From positions 11,371-75,370 of the forward strand of contig CAZYNT010000002.1 of the NCBI GenBank assembly GCA_964648205.1: a stretch of DNA of 64,000 nucleotides, written 5' to 3'. Under the pieces are notes generated by a model. That model was not told where the DNA came from and did not search any database. It worked only from the letters and a program-made list of their open reading frames with translations. Shown here piece by piece: positions 22,706-30,892 of the stretch. Origin of the DNA: an uncultured Gammaproteobacteria bacterium. Lineage in GTDB: Bacteria; Patescibacteriota; Patescibacteriia; Patescibacteriales; UBA12465. Position numbers and translations under genes: made by a program. Within the stretch, counting starts at the first letter, position 1. Each line of letters opens with the position of its first letter.

Positions 22706-24586
22706 TTAAAACTGATTATTGGAAATTATTATCTCCTGCCCTTCGGTCAGCTCATGCTCTTTAGCCGGTCTGCTTTCTGTCCGGCTTATCTGGTTTGTTT
22801 TATCAACTGCCGGCCGTTCATTCTTTATTTCGCGGCCGCGAAAATCAACCGGCGCTATATTAGCCAAATCAGATAAAGAAAGGGGTGGAGGCGTTTCTAT
22901 TAATACGGTTTCTTCCTCTAAATGCTTCTTCTCAATTTCTTTAGCCAAACGCCTCTTCTCTAGATCAAGCCTCTTTTCATCTTTTTTTTTACTTAAACAT
23001 TCCTTGCAATAAACCGGTCGGACTCCATCGGGAATGAAAGTTATGGATGTTTCTTGGCCGCAATTAGAGCAGATGGCATCATATCCGGAATTCTTTACTA
23101 TCCTCGGACGATTCAAGGTTATTTTATTGGCGGCCGCTGGGGCGGCAGTCGAGGCTGGCGGGGGCGTCTGAGCCGGCGCCTGGCGGCGTATCGATTCTTG
23201 AGTCGCCCGTAGAGCGGGACGCGGGGCGGATGGTTGGATATTAGAGCGGCCGGGTGCATTAACTCCGCCCGCCAAATTTACTTTTGGCGCTGATTCTCCG
23301 ACCGGATTTTCTTCTTCAGAGTGCCAGCGCATAATTTTCTCTTCAACTTCTAATTTTTCCGAAGCATACTTCTCACGGGAATAATTGACCACTTTCTCGG
23401 TATTGCCGGTTTGTTCTTCCTTGCTGAGCGGAGGCAGGCCTTTGGCGGAAAAGGGCGAGGAAGCAATACCGTCAATCATGAGTTTCAGATACATTTCATA
23501 TTTCGGCAGATTAACTAAATCCTCCTCAGTAAAAGTCGGGGTAAATTCTTTAACTAATTCTTCGGCATCAGCCGCACCCACGCGGAAGACAACCATGGTG
23601 CCGACGTTACCAAAAACAGCGGGCTTAACTTTTTCACTTAACTGTTCAATATATTGATGGGCTAAAATCAAATTAAGGCGATATTTTCTCGCTTCCGACA
23701 GGATGTTGGCGAAACTGTCAGTGGAAAAATTCTGAAATTCATCGATATATAAATAGAAATCCCTTCTCTCTTTTTCCGGAACATCGACCCGGCTCATGGC
23801 CGCCAACTGGATTTTAGTAATCATCATCGCGCCAAGCAGAGCGGAGTTATCCTCGCCTATTCTTCCTTTAGATAAATTCATGATCAATATTTTGCCATTA
23901 TCCATGATATCGCGGATATCAATCGCGGATTTAACCTGGCCGATAATGTTTCTCATAAGCGAGCTCGACAAAAATTGGCCGACCTTGTTTTGGATAGGAG
24001 AAACCGCTTCGGAAGCGAACTTATCCGCATAACCGGAAAATTCCTTTTCCCAAAAAGCCTTGACAACCGGATCTTTGATGTTAGCGACTACTTTTTTGCG
24101 GTAATTTTTATCAGATAACATGCGGACGACGCCCAAAAGAGTCGAACCCGGGAAGTCAAGAATCGCCAAAATCGCATTACGCAAAATATATTCCAAGCGA
24201 GGGCCCCAGGAATCAGCCCAAAGTTTTTGGAAAACACCGATTAAGCCGGAAGCGACGAGGTGGCGCAAATGAGGCTCGACTTGTTCAACAACATTGAAAG
24301 CAATCGGGAAATTAATATCCGACGGATTAAAATAGACCACATCATTTATCCGCTCGTTTGGTATATATTCGATGATTTTCTCCGCTAAATCGCCGTGGGG
24401 ATCGACGACGGCTACGCCATGGCCGGCGCGGATATCGTCAATAATCATATTTTCCAAAATCGTTGACTTGCCCATGCCGGTTTTCCCAATCAAATACATG
24501 TGCCGACGGCGATCGTCGGTTCTAATGCCGAATTTTTTGAATTCGTTGCGATATGTGGTTTGCGCAAAGACCGCAATGTCTTGCAT
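22706..24586 (-). CDS. TraD/VirD4-like (coupling-protein-type) P-loop ATPase without TM helices, with a C-terminal zinc ribbon
   Basis: 626 aa. Walker A is GKTGMGKST and Walker B is YLYIDEFQNF. It has a proline/alanine-rich linker and CSNCGQETSITFIPDGVRPVYCKEC. Confidence 0.5.
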   Translation of the reverse strand: MQDIAVFAQTTYRNEFKKFGIRTDDRRRHMYLIGKTGMGKSTILENMIIDDIRAGHGVAVVDPHGDLAEKIIEYIPNERINDVVYFNPSDINFPIAFNVVEQVEPHLRHLVASGLIGVFQKLWADSWGPRLEYILRNAILAILDFPGSTLLGVVRMLSDKNYRKKVVANIKDPVVKAFWEKEFSGYADKFASEAVSPIQNKVGQFLSSSLMRNIIGQVKSAIDIRDIMDNGKILIMNLSKGRIGEDNSALLGAMMITKIQLAAMSRVDVPEKERRDFYLYIDEFQNFSTDSFANILSEARKYRLNLILAHQYIEQLSEKVKPAVFGNVGTMVVFRVGAADAEELVKEFTPTFTEEDLVNLPKYEMYLKLMIDGIASSPFSAKGLPPLSKEEQTGNTEKVVNYSREKYASEKLEVEEKIMRWHSEEENPVGESAPKVNLAGGVNAPGRSNIQPSAPRPALRATQESIRRQAPAQTPPPASTAAPAAANKITLNRPRIVKNSGYDAICSNCGQETSITFIPDGVRPVYCKECLSKKKDEKRLDLEKRRLAKEIEKKHLEEETVLIETPPPLSLSDLANIAPVDFRGREIKNERPAVDKTNQISRTESRPAKEHELTEGQEIIISNNQF

Positions 24587-24603
24587 AGAGTTTTAAAATT
24601 GGC

Positions 24604-24858
24604 TTATTGGCTAAAAAGCGATCTGTATGATTGAAAGGCGTCTTTAAGCAATGGCGGCAAATAAATAAAGCCGAGAATAATAGGGACGACGATTATAACA
24701 AAACGCAAAATGCTCCAAATATTCTGCCATCTGATATAACTCTTTATTTCCTTAGATATCTTTAAAATTTCCTCGCTGCGTTCCAGGTTAGTTTGAAGCA
24801 GCTTGGCAATTTCCGCACTTTGATTATTTTGCGAATTATTTATTTTTTCTTCTAGCAT
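24604..24858 (-). CDS. small membrane protein (84 aa)
   Basis: One clear TM helix (ILRFVIIVVPIILGFIYLPPLL). No other motif. Confidence 0.4.
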   Translation of the reverse strand: MLEEKINNSQNNQSAEIAKLLQTNLERSEEILKISKEIKSYIRWQNIWSILRFVIIVVPIILGFIYLPPLLKDAFQSYRSLFSQ

Positions 24859-24869
24859 ATTTGTCTTTT

Positions 24870-25595
24870 TTATCCCCTTACTTCACAAAGGCCGACATAC
24901 TCTTTGCCGATAGCGGCAAATTCCGCCATTTCTTTGGCCGTATATCCTTTTTGTTTTTTATAGTTAGCGTCGACTAACTCCGTATCGGATTTAAAATTCT
25001 GCAAATACCATTTGCCCGCGCCTTTGATAAGCGCGCCCATTTTGTGAAAATCCTCTTTAACCAAAAGACCGGGCACAACCGTTGTTCGAAATTCAAACGG
25101 CAGGCCGCTCGTCATTATTATTTTAACACTTTTTTTAATATTATCACAATCCAGTTTAACGTTTACCGTCTCTTCATACTTATCGAGCGGCGCCTTTAAA
25201 TCCATGGCGATATAATCGATCAATTTATCTTTAATTAATTCTTTCACCATTTCCGGGTTTGTTCCGTTGGTATCTAGTTTAACCAAATAACCAATATCTT
25301 TTATTTTTTTAATAAAAGACGGCAGGTCGGGATGCAGCGTCGGCTCCCCGCCCGTGATGACTACTCCTTCAAGACGGCCAAATCTATCATCCAAAAAAAG
25401 AAAAAGGTCTTCAGTGGAAAGCGGAGAAAAACCTTTTTCTTTTTTATTTTTTTCGTCCTCTCCCGTACGGGGCAGGACAAGCATAGGGTTGTAGCAAAAG
25501 TGGCATCTAAAATTACAACCTTGGGTAAAGATAATGGCCGCTAAATGATCGGGGTAATCAAGAAGGGTCAGCTTCTCTAAACCACCAATAATCAT
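24870..25595 (-). CDS. nrdG: anaerobic ribonucleotide reductase activating protein (radical SAM)
   Basis: CNFRCHFCYNP is the CxxxCxxC cluster motif, GGEPTL is present, and the gene lies in nrd context. Confidence 0.85.
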   Translation of the reverse strand: MIIGGLEKLTLLDYPDHLAAIIFTQGCNFRCHFCYNPMLVLPRTGEDEKNKKEKGFSPLSTEDLFLFLDDRFGRLEGVVITGGEPTLHPDLPSFIKKIKDIGYLVKLDTNGTNPEMVKELIKDKLIDYIAMDLKAPLDKYEETVNVKLDCDNIKKSVKIIMTSGLPFEFRTTVVPGLLVKEDFHKMGALIKGAGKWYLQNFKSDTELVDANYKKQKGYTAKEMAEFAAIGKEYVGLCEVRG

Positions 25596-25610
25596 AAGCG
25601 TAAAATCTAA

Positions 25611-25751
25611 TTACTCGGCGCAGACCTTAAAGGTTTTTCTGTCCTTGTATTCAGATGCTTTACCGGGATTATAGTTCTTTACCGGCGTTAACCAGCCGAC
25701 AACGCGGCTGTAAACGATACATTCTTGTCTTTGAGTTTGGATGGGGCTCAT
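25611..25751 (-). CDS. 46-aa ORF carrying the NrdD C-terminal glycyl-radical motif
   Basis: Hand-translated: MSPIQTQRQECIVYSRVVGWLTPVKNYNPGKASEYKDRKTFKVCAE. The segment VYSRVVGW...NxGKxxExxDRK matches the extreme C-terminus of class III RNRs, which is absent from the large ORF. Confidence 0.5.
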   Translation of the reverse strand: MSPIQTQRQECIVYSRVVGWLTPVKNYNPGKASEYKDRKTFKVCAE

Positions 25752-25865
25752 ATCTCAATTTAGCAACCAAAGATTAATTAAAAGAGTTTAAATAATTATT
25801 AATTGCTGTATTAATTATAAATTATATTTATTTAAATTACAAATGGGCCAAATTTATTCCCTATA

Positions 25866-27917
25866 TTATTGATTAGCGGCGCGAACATCTTCAACCGTCT
25901 CGGTGTAGCCGATTTCTTCGTCGCATTTCGGACAGAATTTATGTTCGCCGGACAAATAGCCGTGCTTCGGACAAATTGAAAAAGTCGGAGTAATAGTAAA
26001 ATAGGGCAGACGATAATTATCGACGATTTTCTTTACTAATTTCTTGGCGGTATCGCCGTCCGGCAAGCGCTCTCCCAAATATCCGTGTAAAACCGTGCCG
26101 CCGGTATATTTAATTTGCAAATCATCCTGCAAATCAAGCGCCGAAAAAATATCACTGGTATAGCCGACATGCAAATGCGACGAATTAGTATAATAAGGGT
26201 CGGCCTTGAACTTTTTGACCGCCTCTGTATTGGAGCAGATAATGCCCGGGTAAAGCTGCTGGTCTTTTTTGGCAAAACGATAAGTGCAGCCTTCACCCGG
26301 AGTCGCTTCCAGATTATAAAGATTATTGGTTTCATTCTGATAGTCCATCAGCTTTTCGCGCATGAAATCAAGAGTTTCGGCGGCGAACTTATGTCCTTCC
26401 GGGGTTGTCAAATCTTTACCCATTAAATTTAAAACCGCTTCGTTCATGCCATTGATGCCAATCGTGGAAAAATGATTTTTCCAATAGGAGCCGAAGCGCG
26501 CTCTGATATTATCCAAATAGAACATCGAGTAGGGGTAAAGGCGGTCTTCAGTAAATTTCTCTATTATTTTGCGTTTTATTTCCAGACTATCCTTGGCCAG
26601 ATCCATAAGGTGCACCAATTTTTCCCGGAACTCTTCCTTGCTCTTTGAAAGATATCCCAGACGGGCCAAATTAATCGTAACCACTCCGAGAGAACCGGTT
26701 AAAGGGTTGGCGCCGAACAAGCCTCCACCGCGTTTTCTGAGTTCGCGGTTATCCAAACGCAGACGGCAGCACATAGAACGGGCATCATCGCGGTTCATGT
26801 CAGAATTAACAAAATTAGAAAAATACGGGATACCATACTTAGCCGTCATCTCCCAAACCGGTTTCAAGCATTCGCGGTCATACTCGAAAGTTTTATCAAT
26901 GCAATAAGTCGGTATCGGAAAACCAAAGACGCGGCCGGTGGAATCGCCGTCAAGCATTACTTCGGCGAAGGCTTGATTAAACATATCCATTTCCGCTTGA
27001 AAATCTTTATATTTTTCAGGCATTACTGCGCCGCCAATAACCACATTCTCTTCGCCGATCATCGGCGACGGTATAACATCTAACGTTACGTTTGTAAAAG
27101 GAGTTTGAAAACCAACGCGGGTCGGAACATTTATATTAAACATGAATTCCTGCAGACCCTGTTTTACTTCTTTATAATTTAAATTGTCGTATCGGATAAA
27201 CGGCGCCAAATAGGTGTCAAAATTGGCAAAAGCTTGGGCGCCGGCCGCCTCGCCCTGCATGGTATAGAAAAAATTAATAATTTGACCCAGGGCGCTTCTA
27301 AAATGTTTCGGCGGGTTGCTCTGGACTTTTTCATCAACGCCGCGGAAGCCGCGGATAAGCAAATCTTTCAAATCCCAGCCGCAGCAATATGGCGCGAGCA
27401 GGCCTAAATCATGGATATGCAAATCGCCATTAACGTGCGCCTGGCGGATGTTTTCCGGGTACATTTTATTAAGCCAATAGCGCGCCGAAATTGAGGAAGC
27501 GATATAATTATTCAAACCCTGCACTGAGAAGCTCATGTTGCTGTTCTCTTTCAAGCGCCAATCCGCCCGACCCAGATAATCTTCCAATAGCTTTTCGTCT
27601 GCCGTCGCCGTGCTTATATCGCGGAGCTGCCGATGCTGGTCGCGGTAAATAATGTAAGCTTTCGCGATCTTTATTAATTTATTCTCAATCAAAACCTCTT
27701 CGACAATATCTTGAATTTCCTCAACGGCCGGAATGCTGTTCTTATGGAATTTCTTATTGACTTTCATGACGACCTGGTCTCCCAGCTTCTTCGCCAAATG
27801 GCGGTCGTCAATCTCAACGGCCATGGCGGCCTTATGAATAGCCCGAACAATTTTATCTTGATCAAAGTCAACGATTTCGCCGGATCTTTTGATCAACTTG
27901 CTGATGGTTTCAGACAT
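25866..27917 (-). CDS. nrdD: anaerobic (class III) ribonucleoside-triphosphate reductase, large ORF lacking the glycyl-radical tail
   Basis: 683 aa with an N-terminal ATP-cone, the MCCRLRLD thiyl-Cys region and a zinc ribbon CPKHGYLSGEHKFCPKC. It then ends after 18 more residues (DEEIGYTETVEDVRAANQ) without an RxxG(Y/W) motif. Confidence 0.85.
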   Translation of the reverse strand: MSETISKLIKRSGEIVDFDQDKIVRAIHKAAMAVEIDDRHLAKKLGDQVVMKVNKKFHKNSIPAVEEIQDIVEEVLIENKLIKIAKAYIIYRDQHRQLRDISTATADEKLLEDYLGRADWRLKENSNMSFSVQGLNNYIASSISARYWLNKMYPENIRQAHVNGDLHIHDLGLLAPYCCGWDLKDLLIRGFRGVDEKVQSNPPKHFRSALGQIINFFYTMQGEAAGAQAFANFDTYLAPFIRYDNLNYKEVKQGLQEFMFNINVPTRVGFQTPFTNVTLDVIPSPMIGEENVVIGGAVMPEKYKDFQAEMDMFNQAFAEVMLDGDSTGRVFGFPIPTYCIDKTFEYDRECLKPVWEMTAKYGIPYFSNFVNSDMNRDDARSMCCRLRLDNRELRKRGGGLFGANPLTGSLGVVTINLARLGYLSKSKEEFREKLVHLMDLAKDSLEIKRKIIEKFTEDRLYPYSMFYLDNIRARFGSYWKNHFSTIGINGMNEAVLNLMGKDLTTPEGHKFAAETLDFMREKLMDYQNETNNLYNLEATPGEGCTYRFAKKDQQLYPGIICSNTEAVKKFKADPYYTNSSHLHVGYTSDIFSALDLQDDLQIKYTGGTVLHGYLGERLPDGDTAKKLVKKIVDNYRLPYFTITPTFSICPKHGYLSGEHKFCPKCDEEIGYTETVEDVRAANQ

Positions 27918-27943
27918 AGAGGTTTGTCTTAATTATCTTTAAA

Positions 27944-28402
27944 TTATTTTTTTTCTTTTAGCAGCTTGTTTAGTTCTTTTTGAAATTCGTGCGCATCTTT
28001 GAATGATTCATAAACCGAGGCATAGCGGATATAGGCGACCTGATCGACTTTCTTCAGATTTTTCATAACTACTTGCCCGATTTGGCGGGAAGTAATCTCG
28101 GTATCTTTCAAGCGCTGGAGATCACGCTCGATAGAATGGACTAATTTTTTAAAGCGGTCGTCGGTAATCGGGCGCTTCTCGCAAGATTTTTTCAAACCAT
28201 TGACCATTTTCTCGCGGCTATAAGCTTCACGGCGGCCGTCGCGCTTTACAATCACTAAATCGAGCAATTCTATTTCCTCATAGGTTGAAAAACGAAAACT
28301 ACACTTCAGACATTCGCGGCGCCGACGGATAGAGAGGCCGTCGGGCGCGACACGGGAATCAACAACCTTAGTATCAGGGTAATAGCAAATTGGACATTTC
28401 AT
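27944..28402 (-). CDS. nrdR: transcriptional repressor NrdR
   Basis: MKCPICYYPDTKVVDSR...CLKC is the zinc ribbon, followed by an ATP-cone. Confidence 0.9.
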   Translation of the reverse strand: MKCPICYYPDTKVVDSRVAPDGLSIRRRRECLKCSFRFSTYEEIELLDLVIVKRDGRREAYSREKMVNGLKKSCEKRPITDDRFKKLVHSIERDLQRLKDTEITSRQIGQVVMKNLKKVDQVAYIRYASVYESFKDAHEFQKELNKLLKEKK

Positions 28403-28406
28403 AAAA

Positions 28407-28422
28407 ACCCTATATTTTGTGG
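28407..28422. promoter_or_regulatory. NrdR box (proximal)
   Basis: ACCCTATATTTTGTGG matches 13 of 16 positions of the acaCwAtATaTwGtgt palindrome. Confidence 0.55.
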
Positions 28423-28438
28423 CCTTTCAAGACATTGA

Positions 28439-28454
28439 CCACTAAATGTTGTAT
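28439..28454. promoter_or_regulatory. NrdR box (distal), overlapping a minus-strand TATAAT
   Basis: CCACTAAATGTTGTAT matches about 11 of 16 positions. Its centre lies 32 bp from the proximal box, as is typical for tandem NrdR boxes. Confidence 0.4.
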
Positions 28455-28541
28455 TATACTTCAATTTTAGCAAAATTATACTACCGGGTCAATTTAGCTA
28501 ATCTTAATAAAAATATTATTATTTTTTAAAGTTATCCACAG

Positions 28542-28550
28542 ATTTTTATA
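28542..28550 (+). promoter_or_regulatory. perfect consensus DnaA box TTATCCACA
   Basis: An exact 9-mer in the 430-bp AT-rich nrdR upstream region. Confidence 0.4.
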
Positions 28551-28623
28551 ATTTTATTTACAATCTAATTACAATCTAAATAAACTATTTTTTGCTTATT
28601 TTATCTGATTACTTTGTAAATAT

Positions 28624-28650
28624 CTACCCCATCTTCTTCTAAATAAACAC
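28624..28650 (-). repeat. decayed copy of the last 8 codons of ftsZ
   Basis: 23 of 27 nt are identical to 29681-29707, including a 15-nt exact run TACCCCATCTTCTTC. It reads VFI*KKMG* where ftsZ reads AFIRKKMG*. Confidence 0.6.
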
Positions 28651-28835
28651 TGCCTGTCTTGTACGGTCGGCAATATCAATTGGCTCGTGGGTAATGTATC
28701 TAAAAAAATGGTTACCTGCCGCCACTTGGTTTATTTACTAGTATTTGGTATAATTTAATATATAAGAAAAATAGAAATTTATTTTATTACTAATTCATTT
28801 AACTGATAGCTTAAACTCCATCAGTTAGTAATTTT

Positions 28836-29564
28836 ATGAAAAAAAATGTCAAAATTGCCGGCATCGTGGTGCTGGCGCTAATCGTCATCATCTTGATTGT
28901 TTTGGTGGCAAGCCAAAAAACAAGTAAGCCGAATCAGCAAGCCGGAACGTCAACAAGCGTTCCAAAAGAGATGGCCCAAACTCAAACCCCGGAAGCGGCT
29001 AAGGCGACCCAGGCTTTAATTAACGACGTTGTTGAGGGGACTGATCAAAAACCGCAGACAATCCAAGTTGGTCAAACGACTGGCGAGGGTGATAACGCCA
29101 CCACAACTTTTAAAGAAGTTAAGACGGTTGTAGTTAGTCCAGGAACAAATGGTATTGATATTAATACCGGTAAAGTTGTAACGAAAACCGGCGAAGTGGC
29201 TGCTAATAATGCTCAAGCTGGAACTGGCCAAGCACCGCAACAATCTTTTCCAATTGAAAAAACTTCTCTACCAAAGTCAACAATTAAATTAGATGTTACG
29301 AGCAATAGCTTTACGCCCAACACCTTTACCGTTAATCGCGGTCAAGCGGTAAATTTGGCTGTTTCTAATGTTAATTCAACAACCTTCTCGGAGGTTTTTC
29401 GTTTTGATGACGCTTCTTTAAGCGCGGTTGTTTTAGGCTTAGCTAAGGGTGAAACCAAATCAATTACTTTTAATGCTCCGGATAAAGCCGGGGAATACAC
29501 CTTCTATTCCTCCATGTTCGATCATCGCGCTCAAGGAGCAGTCGGCAAAATGATTGTTAAATAA
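28836..29564 (+). CDS. secreted/membrane-anchored cupredoxin-like protein lacking the copper ligands
   Basis: 242 aa with an N-terminal TM. The C-terminal GEYTFYSSMFDHRAQGAVGKMIV aligns with the Y-C-x(4)-H-x(3)-M-x-G-x-I-x-V cupredoxin end, but has Ser for Cys and Ala for Met. Confidence 0.45.
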   Translation: MKKNVKIAGIVVLALIVIILIVLVASQKTSKPNQQAGTSTSVPKEMAQTQTPEAAKATQALINDVVEGTDQKPQTIQVGQTTGEGDNATTTFKEVKTVVVSPGTNGIDINTGKVVTKTGEVAANNAQAGTGQAPQQSFPIEKTSLPKSTIKLDVTSNSFTPNTFTVNRGQAVNLAVSNVNSTTFSEVFRFDDASLSAVVLGLAKGETKSITFNAPDKAGEYTFYSSMFDHRAQGAVGKMIVK

Positions 29565-29615
29565 TAAGATTGAAGCGCCGGCAGCGGGAACAAAATTTCG
29601 TCTTTCTAGCAAACA

Positions 29616-29652
29616 GGGTCGCAACTGTGGTTTACACAATTGCGACCCTTTA
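29616..29652. terminator. bidirectional terminator between the cupredoxin-like gene and ftsZ
   Basis: GGGTCGCAActgtggtttacacaaTTGCGACCC (9-bp stem plus inner pairing) followed by TTTAAAAT. Confidence 0.6.
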
Positions 29653-29680
29653 AAATATAGCTATCTTATGCGTTCGGGGA

Positions 29681-30871
29681 TTACCCCATCTTCTTCCTAA
29701 TAAACGCGGGTACGCTCAAATCGTCATCATCATTATTCGGCTTCTCTGCCTTTCTCTCTAAAGCTGGCTTAACCGGGATATTTTTGAAGACATTAAATTT
29801 GCCCTTATTCTTATCAACCGACATGGATGGCATGCTCGGTTCTTTTTCTATTTCTTTTTCAACAATGAAAGAATTCGGAGTATAAGATTTAGTCATTTCG
29901 CTCTTCTGGCTTTTGCCGCGGCCGTCAAAACCGGTCGCAACGACGGTAATCTTAATTTGGTCCTTCATCTTCTCGTCAATTACCGCGCCGAATATTATCT
30001 TCGCGTCATCGTCAGCCGCGGAAGTAATAACTTTCGCCGCCTCCGAAACTTCAGTCATACTCAAATCCGGACCGCCAGTAATTGTAAACACGATGCCGCG
30101 CGCCCCATCAATCGACATATCAAGCAGATTAGAGTTAATGGCTTCTTTGGCTGCTTCGACCGCTTTGTTTTCTCCGGTAGCCGTACCGATGCCCATTAGC
30201 GCGGAGCCGGCGTTAGCCATAACCGCTTTAACATCGGCAAAGTCGGCATTAATAATACCGGGAACCGTAATGATTTCGGCAATTCCTTGAACGCCTTGGC
30301 GCAAAACATCATCCGCAATTTTAAACGCATCCAAAAGAGAGGTTTTTTTATCAATCACTTGTAGTAATTTATCATTGGAAATAGTAATAATCGTGTCGAC
30401 CTTATCAGCTAATTCGGAGTAGGCGCGATCAGCGATATTTTTACGCTGCCCACCTTCAAACATAAACGGCTTGGTCACGACCGCTACGGTTAAAGCGCCC
30501 ATTTCTTTAGCGATCTGCGCGACAACCGGTGAAGCGCCAGAGCCGGTACCGCCGCCCAAGCCGCAGGTAACAAAAACCATATCACAACCCTTTAACGTTT
30601 CCTTGATTTCGTTTTGCGATTCTTCGGCCGCTCCCTTGCCTAAATCGGGGTTCATACCTGCCCCTAATCCTTTGGTCACGGTCTTGCCGATATGTATTTT
30701 TTCGTTTGCCTTGTTATAATGCAAAGCCTGGACATCAGTATTGATGGCCACAAAGCCGACGCCCCGTATTCCGTTGTCAACCATGCGGTTAATCGCGCTG
30801 CCGCCACCACCACCGACGCCGACGACTTTTATTTTGGCAAAGGTTTCAATTTCTGGTTTGACTTCCGCCAT
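29681..30871 (-). CDS. ftsZ: cell division protein FtsZ
   Basis: [13 protein letters not shown] and [12 protein letters not shown] are tubulin signature motifs. The conserved C-terminal peptide [14 protein letters not shown] is present. Confidence 0.95.
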   Translation of the reverse strand: MAEVKPEIETFAKIKVVGVGGGGGSAINRMVDNGIRGVGFVAINTDVQALHYNKANEKIHIGKTVTKGLGAGMNPDLGKGAAEESQNEIKETLKGCDMVFVTCGLGGGTGSGASPVVAQIAKEMGALTVAVVTKPFMFEGGQRKNIADRAYSELADKVDTIITISNDKLLQVIDKKTSLLDAFKIADDVLRQGVQGIAEIITVPGIINADFADVKAVMANAGSALMGIGTATGENKAVEAAKEAINSNLLDMSIDGARGIVFTITGGPDLSMTEVSEAAKVITSAADDDAKIIFGAVIDEKMKDQIKITVVATGFDGRGKSQKSEMTKSYTPNSFIVEKEIEKEPSMPSMSVDKNKGKFNVFKNIPVKPALERKAEKPNNDDDDLSVPAFIRKKMG

Positions 30872-30892
30872 AAAATTATCTTGAATTAATTA

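Noticed and set aside
26036-27932. ORFs antisense to or overlapping nrdD (26036-26335, 26115-26426, 26569-26907, 27711-27932). Similar shadows occur in ftsZ/ftsA, secD, hisS, the helicase, the GT2 and TraD-like genes, and elsewhere.
   Set aside because: They are embedded in confidently identified genes and show no independent signals.
28460-28835. Possible chromosomal replication origin (430-bp AT-rich intergenic region with a perfect DnaA box).
   Set aside because: There is only one perfect box, and the next best match (CGTGGGTAA near 28685) has two mismatches. No box cluster and no dnaA/dnaN context are present.
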